Positions 1 through 9,311 of a stretch of 64,000 nucleotides of DNA are shown here, one piece after another. The stretch's first letter is position 1; each line of letters begins with the position of its first letter. The stretch covers positions 64,001-128,000 of IMG/VR virus record IMGVR_UViG_3300012153_000089; one strand, given 5' to 3'. The translations under genes were made by a program, and so were the position numbers. Under the pieces are notes generated by a model, which was not told where the DNA came from, did not search any database, and saw nothing but the letters and a program-made list of their open reading frames with translations. This DNA comes from a virus. Lineage: Duplodnaviria; Heunggongvirae; Uroviricota; Caudoviricetes.

Positions 1-302
1 TTCATCATCCTTTCGGCTCTTAAAATCTCAATCATTTCTAACGCCACAGTGCCTCTTACACATGAACCATCCATAGATTGAACGTATGCGTCACTCACAG
101 TTCCATGTCCACAACAAGCATTCATTACTCTTGGTAGTGTGCCCAGACAAGCATCGTGACCTTCTGGAGTCGCAAACTTATTGCAGTGTCCACATGGACG
201 TGTCTCGAATGTTGTCACCGTTGACTCTTTGGTGTCTGAAAATACCCACTCTCCATTTAAATATTCAATCTCGTGACCTCTGAAGTGAGATCTAGCTGTC
301 AT
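1..302 (-). CDS. Cys/His-rich phage hypothetical protein (partial, runs off window start)
   Basis: Not in ORF track. RBS GGAGG then ATG at 302: MTARSHFRGHEIEYLNGEW...PCGHC...HDACLG...NACCGHG, no stop before base 1. Confidence 0.7.
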   Translation of the reverse strand, partial: MTARSHFRGHEIEYLNGEWVFSDTKESTVTTFETRPCGHCNKFATPEGHDACLGTLPRVMNACCGHGTVSDAYVQSMDGSCVRGTVALEMIEILRAERMM

Positions 303-332
303 ACATAATCCCCCTCCTACGCATTATTTTGC

Positions 333-785
333 CTACTTATATGTATTAATTGTTTTCTTAATATCGTCCAATATCTTATTCATTTCTTCAGCATTCTTAC
401 CATAAATTGAGCCACCACTTGATTTAATCTCAAACTTAAAGTTGTCTTTGTTCATCTCTGGTTCAACTGGAACAGTGTTATAAATCAATGTGCCTTTTGG
501 AAAAGTCTTTTTGGTGTAGCTGTCACAATAATCTTCGTTAAGTTCTGTTAAACCTTTACACCCTCTAATTTGCTTAACACTCTTTTTTGATCTGATCCAG
601 CAATGACCAAGTGTTTTAAACTTGTGTACTTCTAAAAGTAAACCTTCTCTGACTCTCCAAATATCTTTAATCGCGTGTGATTGAATTTTTTCCATATGTA
701 TCGATCCGTTTCTGAATTTTCTTCTTGATTCGACTACTTTTGGTTTTACGTTGAATTTTATGTAACTGTTCGATTTTCTGCTCAT
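333..785 (-). CDS. hypothetical protein (true start probably downstream of ORF-track start)
   Basis: Co-oriented in minus-strand operon; no family recognised. Confidence 0.5.
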   Translation of the reverse strand: MSRKSNSYIKFNVKPKVVESRRKFRNGSIHMEKIQSHAIKDIWRVREGLLLEVHKFKTLGHCWIRSKKSVKQIRGCKGLTELNEDYCDSYTKKTFPKGTLIYNTVPVEPEMNKDNFKFEIKSSGGSIYGKNAEEMNKILDDIKKTINTYK

Positions 786-1110
786 TCAAGATAACTTCTA
801 TCATTTTAGGAATGTACAGAGAATCGACAATTAACTGATCAACTTTATACTTCAGTCCTTCAACTTCTACTTCATCGGATACAGTTACGTTCATTTTCAA
901 TTCACTTGCCTTCACATTACCTTGTATATCAATTCTAAACTTGTCTTCCACAAATACTTCCGCTACTAACGGTTTAACTGGTGTACTAAATTTACTTGCT
1001 ACTTTTTTAATGAATTCTTTAAATTTATTCATTCGATTTCTCCTTGTTAAATGAAATTGTAATGTCGGTATTCTTAATAATTGAAACAATTTTTCTACCT
1101 CTGATTTCAC
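667..1110 (-). CDS. hypothetical protein (likely start MNKFKEF near 1032)
   Basis: Co-oriented, start/stop overlap with upstream ORF. Confidence 0.5.
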   Translation of the reverse strand: MKSEVEKLFQLLRIPTLQFHLTRRNRMNKFKEFIKKVASKFSTPVKPLVAEVFVEDKFRIDIQGNVKASELKMNVTVSDEVEVEGLKYKVDQLIVDSLYIPKMIEVILNEQKIEQLHKIQRKTKSSRIKKKIQKRIDTYGKNSITRD

Positions 1111-1345
1111 TGCCTACAGCTATGTTATCAAGATCATTTGCCCAAACTCTGATCTCAAGACCATCTCCAATCCAAGCAAACCCGTATTCTCCGACATTGC
1201 CATCATAAGTAATGAATACATAATCGCCCAGATCAGTAACGAGTACATCCCCGTGTTCTGCTACTGTAGTTCCCAAATATCTATTATCTACAATCTCCAT
1301 TTTCACGTTCCCTTCTTGTGAAATACAGCTTTTACTGTGACTCAA
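1025..1345 (-). CDS. hypothetical protein
   Basis: Co-oriented ORF; no family recognised. Confidence 0.5.
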   Translation of the reverse strand: MSHSKSCISQEGNVKMEIVDNRYLGTTVAEHGDVLVTDLGDYVFITYDGNVGEYGFAWIGDGLEIRVWANDLDNIAVGSEIRGRKIVSIIKNTDITISFNKEKSNE

Positions 1346-1491
1346 GGCGCTCGATTAATTCTTGCACCTTGAGTCCATATTCTGTTCTACTTGCCTTTGC
1401 TGATTCAATAACCTTGCTTTTATCGTTACCTTTGGTTTTTATTTGACTAATCATTTCATCAACTGGCGTTTCGTTTATGTATTTGATCGTT

Positions 1492-1779
1492 TTAAGCCTG
1501 TTCAATCGCCTTCAACTTTCTCAGTTCAACCAAAGCAAGCGCGCTGTAACCCACTAAATCAATAAGAGTATCCTCAATCGATTCATCGACCTCTGCATGA
1601 GCACCCTTAATTAGATTCTCAAGTCGTCGCATTTTATCGTCCATGCGAATCATTGCGCTCATTATTCCGTATTTCTCAAATTGAATACTAAAGGAATTTC
1701 CGTAGTCGTGGTTCTTCTTCTTAAGCAATGCTGCTACATCACTACAAACTTCTTCGATTCTTTGTTCTTGGGATAGCAT
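1492..1779 (-). CDS. DUF1599 / nucleotide-modification-associated domain protein
   Basis: KKNHDYGNSF...IRMDDKMRRL...DTLIDLVGYSAL pattern. Confidence 0.75.
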   Translation of the reverse strand: MLSQEQRIEEVCSDVAALLKKKNHDYGNSFSIQFEKYGIMSAMIRMDDKMRRLENLIKGAHAEVDESIEDTLIDLVGYSALALVELRKLKAIEQA

Positions 1780-1795
1780 ATGTATTCATCCTCTT

Positions 1796-2305
1796 CTAAT
1801 CAATAATTCGTACTCTTACGTTCTTTTTTCGTCCAAACTCTAATGCTTCATCCAGATCTTCAATGAACAAGTCTAACTTGTTCCCTTTGATTGCACCGCC
1901 AGTGTCTTGTACAATCCGCTCTCCTACACCTTCTATGTAAATCTTAGTCCCCATTGGAAACACCTTCGGATCAGCACTTACTGTCACGCCTTCTTTAGTG
2001 TATACCCCTGAAGCTGTCTTCCCGTAATCCTTATCCCCTTTTACCTTACCCGTGGATTCTTTTCCATTTGTGTAGGCGGTAATTGTGAAATACATCCACT
2101 TTTCTTCCTTTTTAGTCTTGCTTGGTTTCTTCTCACTAGCTTTCACTTGCTTAACTTCTTTCTTGGACTCAACCGACTTTTCAACTTTAACACTCTCAAT
2201 CTTAGTCGTGTTTTTCGCTTCTCGTGCTTGATTGACACCCTCATATCCAACTTGACCAATATTGCCAATGGACAGTGCCAACAATAGAGACAGGAGTACT
2301 TCCAA
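1796..2305 (-). CDS. 3D-domain cell-wall-binding/lytic protein
   Basis: N-terminal hydrophobic signal; TAYT...TASG...ADPKVFPMGT...DTGGAIKGNKLDLF 3D signature. Confidence 0.85.
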   Translation of the reverse strand: MEVLLSLLLALSIGNIGQVGYEGVNQAREAKNTTKIESVKVEKSVESKKEVKQVKASEKKPSKTKKEEKWMYFTITAYTNGKESTGKVKGDKDYGKTASGVYTKEGVTVSADPKVFPMGTKIYIEGVGERIVQDTGGAIKGNKLDLFIEDLDEALEFGRKKNVRVRIID

Positions 2306-2382
2306 CGTATCACCTTCCTGATATTTGATTATAGTAAAGCCCCACTATTTCAAGTGAGGCCGTATGTATAACTACATTAATA

Positions 2383-2940
2383 CTAAAGAATGTTAATGCT
2401 TTTTAAGTCATCAATAATTTTGAGAAGTTTCTGTGTGTCTTTGTTGGATAGAATTACTTCTGGCTTGCTAATTTTCACTAACCTTTCAAGGCTCGGCTGC
2501 TTAATCTCAGGCTTATAAACCATCTCATAATGATAGCAATTCAATTCCTCTTCCAGTTTTTCAGTTAATGTCCTACCAGACTTGAGCGATTCTTGAAGAT
2601 CTTCAGACATATAATCAATAAAAGTGCTATAGTCAGTGACATATTTCCATTCATCATTCTCGTCTTTGTAATATAGCTTTGTGATATGTTTGCTCATATC
2701 TGGATTACTATTTACCTGTTTGATATACTCAATCATTTTATCTTTCAAGCAGTTTTCAGTATTAATTTCTGAGTCAAAGCCTGATACTGAAAATCCAGTA
2801 CCTAAAATCTCACAGTATCCACTTGGGTTAACATTCGAGAAAACAATATCACCCTTTTTAAAAAGAACTGGAAGTGGAGTCCAGCTAATCTTAATTTCGT
2901 TCAACATACATCCTCCTTGGATTAATCTACATGCAGACAA
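2383..2940 (-). CDS. hypothetical protein
   Basis: 185-aa co-oriented ORF. Confidence 0.55.
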   Translation of the reverse strand: MSACRLIQGGCMLNEIKISWTPLPVLFKKGDIVFSNVNPSGYCEILGTGFSVSGFDSEINTENCLKDKMIEYIKQVNSNPDMSKHITKLYYKDENDEWKYVTDYSTFIDYMSEDLQESLKSGRTLTEKLEEELNCYHYEMVYKPEIKQPSLERLVKISKPEVILSNKDTQKLLKIIDDLKSINIL

Positions 2941-3009
2941 TGGTTATATTAATTGTCCACATATAGATATTAATACTTTATGATATCTGTCTTTCACAAA
3001 CTCTATGTA

Positions 3010-4188
3010 CTATACTTTAAGCTGTTCAATATACTTCAGCGTTTCAGATAGTTTCGATACGTCTTCGGATTTACGATAGTCTAGATCTCCCAACAATTCT
3101 AAGAACTTAGGGCCAATCAAATCTTTTCGTTGATTATAATCAAACTTCTGCATTGCTTCCGCAATACTCTTCTTTAATTCTTCTGGAGTGACCTGAATCT
3201 GTTCGCTGACCTGTGTGGCGTATTCCTTGGCTTTGTCTTCAAGCTCTTGTTCCTGCTCTACCTTAAGTTCATCAATACTTTTAGTAGTCTTTTTCAATTG
3301 TCCTTTGACGGCATCCTCAAACACTTTCATGAAGTTTTCTGCACTGTATTCTACTGGCTCTTCAGGAAGATCTGTATAGCTTCCACCAGCAATTGAAATG
3401 TATTCTGTAGGTCTAAACACCATCACCGTACGAGTCTCATGAAAGTTATGGCCTTTTTCTTTACCCGCTTTTGTCTTCACATTCTCAGAAACTTCGCTTC
3501 CTGCCTTATCAGTTACAACCACCTCATTAAACAGGCAACAAATAAGTCTAGCTTGGGATTCAAAAATCTTTCTACCAGTTTGATGCATCATTAGTTCAAC
3601 AGAATTGTACTTCATTCCATTGTAAAGAGTGGTTTCTTTTTCTTTTGTCCAAGCCATAGCCATAATTCCATATTTGGCTGCCTTGAGTGCATCAATTGGT
3701 TTCTTCATCTCATCGTAGAGTGCAGTATATCCATTCTCTGCCCCTTTAGATGCTTCAGTAAGCTCCTGCAAAGATACGAGTTTAGAAACACCATATTTTT
3801 TTGCTCTATCCTTAAGCAACCAAGCAGTAGCAGCATCAATACAGCGATCTGCGGTGTCAAATCCAAGCAATTTAACTTTTTTATCTGTTTTAGCTTCTTG
3901 AACAAGTCCGGGGACTACATCTTTTTTGAAGAACTCCCACTGCTTCCAAGCATCTTCATCTGACCCTTCTTCAAACATTGGCAACACGTTTTCTTCAAGT
4001 TCCCAAGTCTCATATCCCGGCTCCCAAGCGATGAGTAGTGTTTCTTCTTTTGGGTTCTTATAATGCATTTCAGTTAACTCTTTCCAAAGTCGTGTCTTCC
4101 CTGTCTTATATGTACCTGCAACTAAACTTGTAATGGAATGTAGTTCAACTTTAGGCGTGTTACCTACAACTTTATTTCTCCAACTCAT
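3010..4188 (-). CDS. AAA-family ATPase (Sak4/SPbeta YorG-like recombination protein)
   Basis: Walker A-like AGTYKTGKT, Walker B-like LLGFDTAD; position beside SSB-like gene as in SPbeta yorF-yorG. Confidence 0.7.
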   Translation of the reverse strand: MSWRNKVVGNTPKVELHSITSLVAGTYKTGKTRLWKELTEMHYKNPKEETLLIAWEPGYETWELEENVLPMFEEGSDEDAWKQWEFFKKDVVPGLVQEAKTDKKVKLLGFDTADRCIDAATAWLLKDRAKKYGVSKLVSLQELTEASKGAENGYTALYDEMKKPIDALKAAKYGIMAMAWTKEKETTLYNGMKYNSVELMMHQTGRKIFESQARLICCLFNEVVVTDKAGSEVSENVKTKAGKEKGHNFHETRTVMVFRPTEYISIAGGSYTDLPEEPVEYSAENFMKVFEDAVKGQLKKTTKSIDELKVEQEQELEDKAKEYATQVSEQIQVTPEELKKSIAEAMQKFDYNQRKDLIGPKFLELLGDLDYRKSEDVSKLSETLKYIEQLKV

Positions 4189-4276
4189 TTAATTAAATCA
4201 CTCCAATTGTATTATTTTTATATTTATTATTTTAAGGTTGAGGAGTGCAGTTACGCACTCCCGTAGAAATTAATTA

Positions 4277-5425
4277 TTAAGCAAATGGGTCGTCACTTTT
4301 ATCTGTTGCGAATGGGTCTTCATCTGTCTGATTAAACGGATCATCTGAGTTATTGATGCTATTGAAAGGGTCGTCACTTGTTAAAGTTGCTGTTTTTCTA
4401 AATTCCTCTTCAGTTAACAATTCTCGCATCAAACTTCCCTGCACATAACTAATTACTTCTAGTCCTTTTTTGTCTCCATTAGTTACTCGTTCTTGTCGTG
4501 TAACCTTCTCGCTACTATCAACATCTGCAAAAGGATCGTCTGATGGAATATCTTCTACAATATCAACATAAGCAAAGGTTGCTCTATTATTATCCTGTCC
4601 TGTAACTTCGATAAAATCATATGTATTAAGCGAAGCAAATGCATCAGCCATCGATTTTCCCTTTTCTACTTCTTTCTGATAGACTACCAGTTCCACATCT
4701 TTAGGCTCAGAACGCTCTTTCCCATAGTCCAGAAATACTGCATTAACTTTTGTGTCTCCATGATCTTCTTGATAGGTACTACGAATTCCTAATTGCATAC
4801 TAAAGTAATTCACTTCTCGGAATGCTTCGCTGTTGAAGTCCATCACATAATCAAACTCTTCTCCTGCATGTTTTACAGTCTGTGTTGTTCCATCATCGTT
4901 AATAATTACTCCATCTTTAATTGGACGTACAGATGAAATTACTCGCTTTACAAATACTTTTTCTTCAGTGCTATTATCTGGAGTAAAGGTGTCAAATTGG
5001 TATTGGCCACGAATTTCGTACCACCCATCCTCTTCGACCAATTGCCCAAGACGTTCTGCTTTATCCCAATCAACCTCAATAGCGTGATATGTATCGTCTG
5101 GATACTTTGTTTTATCGTTTCGATCTGCCCAAACTACTTTAGCTGCTTTATTATTTGTACGACTGTAAGGATAAGCAAATGGCTGCTCCATACCTGCAAG
5201 CTCAACCCGTAGACGGTTACTTAGTGCTGTTTCAATCTCAAACTGAAGGACTCGACGAGGCTTATTAGTTCTAGTTGTTGTTTCTTGATAGATTGGCTGC
5301 TTTTCCCAACTGTCAGTAATCTGATCTTTCTTCTGAACTGGACTAACTTTACCGATAAAACGAAACGAACTCTTAAACTCTTTACCTTGATGATTCTTAT
5401 TTACCTTGATTTTGTAGTCTGCCAT
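4277..5425 (-). CDS. putative single-stranded DNA-binding protein (YorF-like)
   Basis: Beta-rich body with acidic DDPF-repeat C-terminal tail (DDPFNS..DDPFNQ..DPFAT..DDPFA). Confidence 0.6.
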   Translation of the reverse strand: MADYKIKVNKNHQGKEFKSSFRFIGKVSPVQKKDQITDSWEKQPIYQETTTRTNKPRRVLQFEIETALSNRLRVELAGMEQPFAYPYSRTNNKAAKVVWADRNDKTKYPDDTYHAIEVDWDKAERLGQLVEEDGWYEIRGQYQFDTFTPDNSTEEKVFVKRVISSVRPIKDGVIINDDGTTQTVKHAGEEFDYVMDFNSEAFREVNYFSMQLGIRSTYQEDHGDTKVNAVFLDYGKERSEPKDVELVVYQKEVEKGKSMADAFASLNTYDFIEVTGQDNNRATFAYVDIVEDIPSDDPFADVDSSEKVTRQERVTNGDKKGLEVISYVQGSLMRELLTEEEFRKTATLTSDDPFNSINNSDDPFNQTDEDPFATDKSDDPFA

Positions 5426-5688
5426 TAATAATTTATCTCCCTTTGTGTATATGTATTTTTGGATTGATGTCTCTCTGCTTAGCCAGTTACATTGGAGGAC
5501 TTCTCAATCTGCTCGTCATATGTTCCACCACCTTCTCAGAGTAAACTTGCTGCCTCTATATAATCACGCAAGCGTGTTATTTTAATCTCCGTCATTCTTT
5601 CATATACTCTAATATGCTTCTCTTTTCAAAACCAATTTCTTGATGAAACTATTATTTTACTTTGTTTTCGTTTCAACCTTACTTATTC

Positions 5689-5736
5689 AGTATAGTTCAA
5701 CGATTTTATTTTGTAAAGATATATTTGTTATTTTAT
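5689..5736 (-). promoter_or_regulatory. sigA-type promoter for replication genes (TTTACA-N17-TATACT) with partial upstream operator
   Basis: -35 at 5717-5712, -10 at 5694-5689; ATAAAATAACA at 5736-5726. Confidence 0.6.
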
Positions 5737-5763
5737 TATTTAAAGAACTAGGGGAAATTCCCC

Positions 5764-6135
5764 CTACTCAAACCCCCTTACAAATCTATTGAATCGCACC
5801 TTGGGATTGACGATGTGCTTGTTATAGATAATATCGGGATCTTTACAGTTTAATTTATCGAACTTATCTTGGGTTATATATTCCTGAAATAATCTTTCCA
5901 ACGTTTTAATTGGGTCAGCAAAATATGTATCTTTAAATTCCTCCGGCGAATCAAATCTTGTGCTGTCAATCAATTTTTCACGGTAATCATACACAAAATC
6001 ATCAATATAAAAGTTCGACTTTCCTACACAATTATCTATGAGAGTCTCTATATCAGACTTAAATAAAAAGATTATCATCGCCTTCAATTCAATCGCTCTT
6101 TTGTCAATGTCCAAAGCATCGAAAATTTGTTGCAT
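5764..6135 (-). CDS. hypothetical protein heading replication region
   Basis: RBS GAGGG; GGGGAAATTCCCC hairpin at its end. Confidence 0.6.
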   Translation of the reverse strand: MQQIFDALDIDKRAIELKAMIIFLFKSDIETLIDNCVGKSNFYIDDFVYDYREKLIDSTRFDSPEEFKDTYFADPIKTLERLFQEYITQDKFDKLNCKDPDIIYNKHIVNPKVRFNRFVRGFE

Positions 6136-6194
6136 ACCATCATACCCTCTCGTAAAAAATATGTTATCTAGATGTAATATTTAGCTATGTACTA

Positions 6195-6245
6195 ATAATA
6201 ATCCAACTTTTGGCGCTTGACAATCACATTTGGTAGCCGACTAAA
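6195..6245 (-). promoter_or_regulatory. promoter TTGTCA-N17-TATTAT with 18-bp operator ATTTGGTAGCCGACTAAA
   Basis: -35 at 6223-6218, -10 at 6200-6195; operator 6228-6245 identical to 11611-11628. Confidence 0.65.
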
Positions 6246-6318
6246 TTGTATTGACATATGCATAAATATGGAATCAGATCCATATTGATGTCGCATGATG
6301 TCGAATAATGATAATCAC

Positions 6319-6332
6319 AGAACCTATGTTCG
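6319..6332. promoter_or_regulatory. LexA/DinR (Cheo) SOS box
   Basis: AGAACCTATGTTCG matches Bacillus GAAC-N4-GTTC; minus-strand TATAAT immediately upstream. Confidence 0.7.
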
Positions 6333-6421
6333 TATTTATTATACTTCAAATAACTTTTTATTAAAAGTGCTATTTAATTTCATGATTATTTGATCCTCTA
6401 GTGAAACTATGTATAGCTGCC

Positions 6422-6796
6422 CTATTTACCAAACAGCTTTTTGATAAATGTTTTAACTGCGTTCTCCTTGCTTGCGGATATGGTAACATAGTTCTCTTTT
6501 TCTTCGTCAAAAAATACTTTTCCTACTTCATAATCTACACTCTTCATTCTATTCATATTCCCAAGTGTTCCTTTGTCAGTCATGATCATTCCTTCACTTT
6601 GACTTAACAATTTAAAGATAGCATCTTTACTTTCACAATAAACGAACTCACCATCATCGGTGTGAATTACAAATTTATAGTTGTTTTTTGTAAACAGTTC
6701 TCTTGTACATTTAAGTATATCCTTTTCATTCATCCACTCAGCATCATCACTGATTTTTTTACCCTCTTTTCTTTGAACCATAATCATTCTATTCAA
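6422..6796 (-). CDS. stand-alone LytTR DNA-binding protein (no receiver domain)
   Basis: 124 aa; DILK...FVIHTDDGEF...GMIMTDKGTLGNMNRMKSVD...VFFD fits LytTR pattern. Confidence 0.7.
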   Translation of the reverse strand: MNRMIMVQRKEGKKISDDAEWMNEKDILKCTRELFTKNNYKFVIHTDDGEFVYCESKDAIFKLLSQSEGMIMTDKGTLGNMNRMKSVDYEVGKVFFDEEKENYVTISASKENAVKTFIKKLFGK

Positions 6797-6817
6797 ATCG
6801 ACACCCCGTTTAAATCA

Positions 6818-6847
6818 GCCCTCCGATTTTGTGTGAAATTGGAGGGC
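6818..6847 (-). terminator. hairpin between agrD and LytTR gene (partial terminator or mRNA stabiliser)
   Basis: GCCCTCCGATTT / AAATTGGAGGGC inverted repeat; only a weak U-tract. Confidence 0.5.
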
Positions 6848-6859
6848 CACTTATTTACA

Positions 6860-6994
6860 TTACTTCATTTCTTCTGGAACTGGTTCATTATGTACCAATG
6901 TCCAACTTGCAGCATTCACTCCCATGGTTGTTGCAGCAACCAACAAGAAACCAAATGCAGTCATTCCCATTTTAATCATTTTCATTTTATTCAT
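6860..6994 (-). CDS. agrD: AgrD cyclic-lactone autoinducer propeptide (44 aa), missed by ORF track
   Basis: RBS AAAGGAGG; MNKMKMIKMGMTAFGFLLVAATTMGVNAASWTLVHNEPVPEEMK: amphipathic leader, S-x4 ring core, H-x-E-P-x-x-P-EE tail; overlaps agrB stop. Confidence 0.9.
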   Translation of the reverse strand: MNKMKMIKMGMTAFGFLLVAATTMGVNAASWTLVHNEPVPEEMK

Positions 6995-7520
6995 TTTTCC
7001 CACCTCCTTTCAAGCGTATCAAAAAGATGCTTTGGGCTAGATAGGAGGTGCTTATTAAATAGTTATCTAGGAAGAATCCAACTGCTAATATTACTATTGA
7101 AACTAATTTGAGATACTTGAAGTTCTCCTTGAGAATCTTTGTTTGTCCCTCAATATTAGACGGAGAGAATATCAACACTAAAGTTAATGAAATCAAATTC
7201 ACTACCACTGTATACTCTTCAAAGAAGTATCCAAACTTTGCTATTGATAGAATCATAATTGTTGAAATAACTAGACATAATTCAGGTTTCTTTGCATGAA
7301 ATCCCCCAGACACAAGTCTAAGAGTGGAGAAAGACAAAATACTAATCATCACTTCATTAAAGGCATCAATAACTGCCCCAATTAACAAAAGAAGTATAAT
7401 TGGTAGTAAGTTCGAGATTAAAAATTTAATACCGTATCTAGTTACACCATAAGGAGGGAGTTCTTCTGGAAATTTATTTACCAGCGATGTTGAAATATTG
7501 TTTACCAGCTTGTCAATCAT
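6987..7520 (-). CDS. agrB: accessory gene regulator B (AgrB) peptide-processing membrane protease
   Basis: YGIKFLISN...LRLVSGGFHAKKPELC...LIFSP: conserved LR..GG.H and Cys; multi-TM. Confidence 0.9.
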   Translation of the reverse strand: MIDKLVNNISTSLVNKFPEELPPYGVTRYGIKFLISNLLPIILLLLIGAVIDAFNEVMISILSFSTLRLVSGGFHAKKPELCLVISTIMILSIAKFGYFFEEYTVVVNLISLTLVLIFSPSNIEGQTKILKENFKYLKLVSIVILAVGFFLDNYLISTSYLAQSIFLIRLKGGGKNE

Positions 7521-8161
7521 CAGCTTTCACTCTTCTCCTTTTTAATGTCTAAATACATGAGGTTAATAAGGCAAATTCCCCAAAATACTAGCCCTAGGTA
7601 TACATTCTCAATAGTTTTTATGTTATATAAAAATGATATGATTACACATGATATTAATAAACTTAAAATATTGATCTTATTCAATTTAAGTTTAAATGTG
7701 TAATCATATGGCATTGTTGTAAACCATATTCTACGTTTTTGAAGTATTAATGTTATAGCTATTAGCAGTCCGTCTCCAATCAGTTGCACCCATTGCCCAT
7801 GAGTATGTAAACTTTCTGTATAATTTAGGTTGAAAGAAACCATAAAGATCGAATTCGCAATTAATTGGGCGATAATCTGTGCTACAAAGCCGTAAACTGC
7901 AAGTTTTATACTACTCCATACTGTTATTCTAAAGTAAAAGGTTAAAGAAACAATTAATAATGCAAGACATAGCAATGGAATTACGCTTATCATAAATGAA
8001 TTGTTACGCAATAAGAATGTTCCTATTGAAATCACTAAGTTCGTAACTAATATCTCCTTCCAGTAATCTCGAAAACTTATCTTGAAACATCCAAAAGCAA
8101 ACATAAAAATTGTAATTCCGTCCAACAAACTCATTAGTGTATATAAGATATCCTCTTTCAT
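7520..8161 (-). CDS. 6-7 TM membrane protein resembling an AgrC sensor domain, without kinase domain
   Basis: 213 aa almost entirely hydrophobic; ends KKEKSES with stop overlapping agrB ATG; no H-box or HATPase. Confidence 0.6.
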   Translation of the reverse strand: MKEDILYTLMSLLDGITIFMFAFGCFKISFRDYWKEILVTNLVISIGTFLLRNNSFMISVIPLLCLALLIVSLTFYFRITVWSSIKLAVYGFVAQIIAQLIANSIFMVSFNLNYTESLHTHGQWVQLIGDGLLIAITLILQKRRIWFTTMPYDYTFKLKLNKINILSLLISCVIISFLYNIKTIENVYLGLVFWGICLINLMYLDIKKEKSES

Positions 8162-8208
8162 GTCTTATCTCCTTTTAAATAATAAAATAATATGTATCTC
8201 TTAAATAG

Positions 8209-8237
8209 AATATATCACAGTGTATGTAGAGAGTCAA
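8209..8237 (-). promoter_or_regulatory. promoter of agr-like cassette, TTGACT-N17-TATATT with extended TG
   Basis: -35 at 8237-8232, TGa then -10 at 8214-8209. Confidence 0.7.
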
Positions 8238-8273
8238 CAATTTAATAAAAAAAAGAAGAATAAGTTTTTAACC

Positions 8274-9311
8274 TTATTCTTCAGTGCCATATAACTTATT
8301 TATAGTATCAATATTTAAGAAATTTCTTCTAATAACATCGATATTAAATGTACCATCCTCTTTTTTTCCTACATCAAAATGTTCGCAAATATCATAGTAT
8401 TCCTCTATTCCTAGTCTTCCCCGTTCTCTGTGCAGGTCTCTAGCCATTTTAAGCATACCGCTATTGCGCAGATTAATCGCTGTTAGCATTGGGAAGTTAT
8501 TAAATTCTCCAGCCTTTTTAATTCTTCGACCCAATATTTGACCTTGTGTTGGTCTACCGTCATCTTGATTGCTATTAGTCGCAGCAGTTCTCAGATGAAC
8601 AGCAGTTTTTAATATATAGCCATTATCAACTAAAACATTGTGTCTAGATTTTATAGATTCCGATACCAATCCATTGTTTTTAAGGTATTTATCTTCTTTA
8701 TTTGCACTCTTCAAGATTTCATAAAGATTACTAGAGATTAGTATCTCTCTACTCGTAACTCCATCTGCTGTGTCATTGAACAACTTTATCTTATATTTAT
8801 CTTTTATATTTGTCTCCGATATATGTTCCATTTTCATATTTGCTAATTCACTCATAACGTTACCTGATATGCCTTCCCAAACTCCTTGCACTACGGCCTG
8901 ATCTTGAGCATTAATTAGACTGTCTACTATGTTGTCAATTTGTTTCTCTGTAAACAGCATCAATGAACTATCATCCACAAACTGGCTGTACCACTCATGT
9001 GTAGTTATGGCTATCAAAGGATTAATATTGTCCTTGCGGAGATCCTGCTCAATGGCCCACTGTATATAATTTCTTGCGACACTACCCGCATGTCTTAATG
9101 ATGAAATTTTTGTAGCCTTTAATGTAAATAAAAACTGCGAAATATCCTGTAAATTAAAATCATAAAGATCCTTGTTTAAAGTTGATTCCATTATTGCAGT
9201 TTTCCTCAATATGGTAGCATATGATTTTCTGGTTGACTCTGTGCTTAAACTCTTAAGGTATCTATCTTTTTGATCTTTATTGAAAAAATCATTGAAGTAA
9301 ACCTTATTCAT
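8274..9311 (-). CDS. mrpR: MrpR/YopR-like lytic-cycle repressor (catalytically degenerate tyrosine-recombinase fold)
   Basis: KDRYL...TRKSY...KDLYDFN...NYIQWAI N-domain; catalytic Arg motif replaced (WEGISGNVMSEL); follows a YopQ-like gene as in SPbeta. Start set at ATG 9311. Confidence 0.75.
   Translation of the reverse strand: MNKVYFNDFFNKDQKDRYLKSLSTESTRKSYATILRKTAIMESTLNKDLYDFNLQDISQFLFTLKATKISSLRHAGSVARNYIQWAIEQDLRKDNINPLIAITTHEWYSQFVDDSSLMLFTEKQIDNIVDSLINAQDQAVVQGVWEGISGNVMSELANMKMEHISETNIKDKYKIKLFNDTADGVTSREILISSNLYEILKSANKEDKYLKNNGLVSESIKSRHNVLVDNGYILKTAVHLRTAATNSNQDDGRPTQGQILGRRIKKAGEFNNFPMLTAINLRNSGMLKMARDLHRERGRLGIEEYYDICEHFDVGKKEDGTFNIDVIRRNFLNIDTINKLYGTEE

Noticed and set aside
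86-283. Plus-strand 65-aa ORF and other short opposite-strand ORFs (e.g. 6662-7111, 11116-11502, 28682-29314, 50367-50708)
   Set aside because: Fully overlap well-supported genes on the other strand and lack RBSs.
7520-8161. AgrC histidine kinase
   Set aside because: No H-box or ATPase domain; clean stop overlapping agrB start and no frameshifted kinase half downstream.
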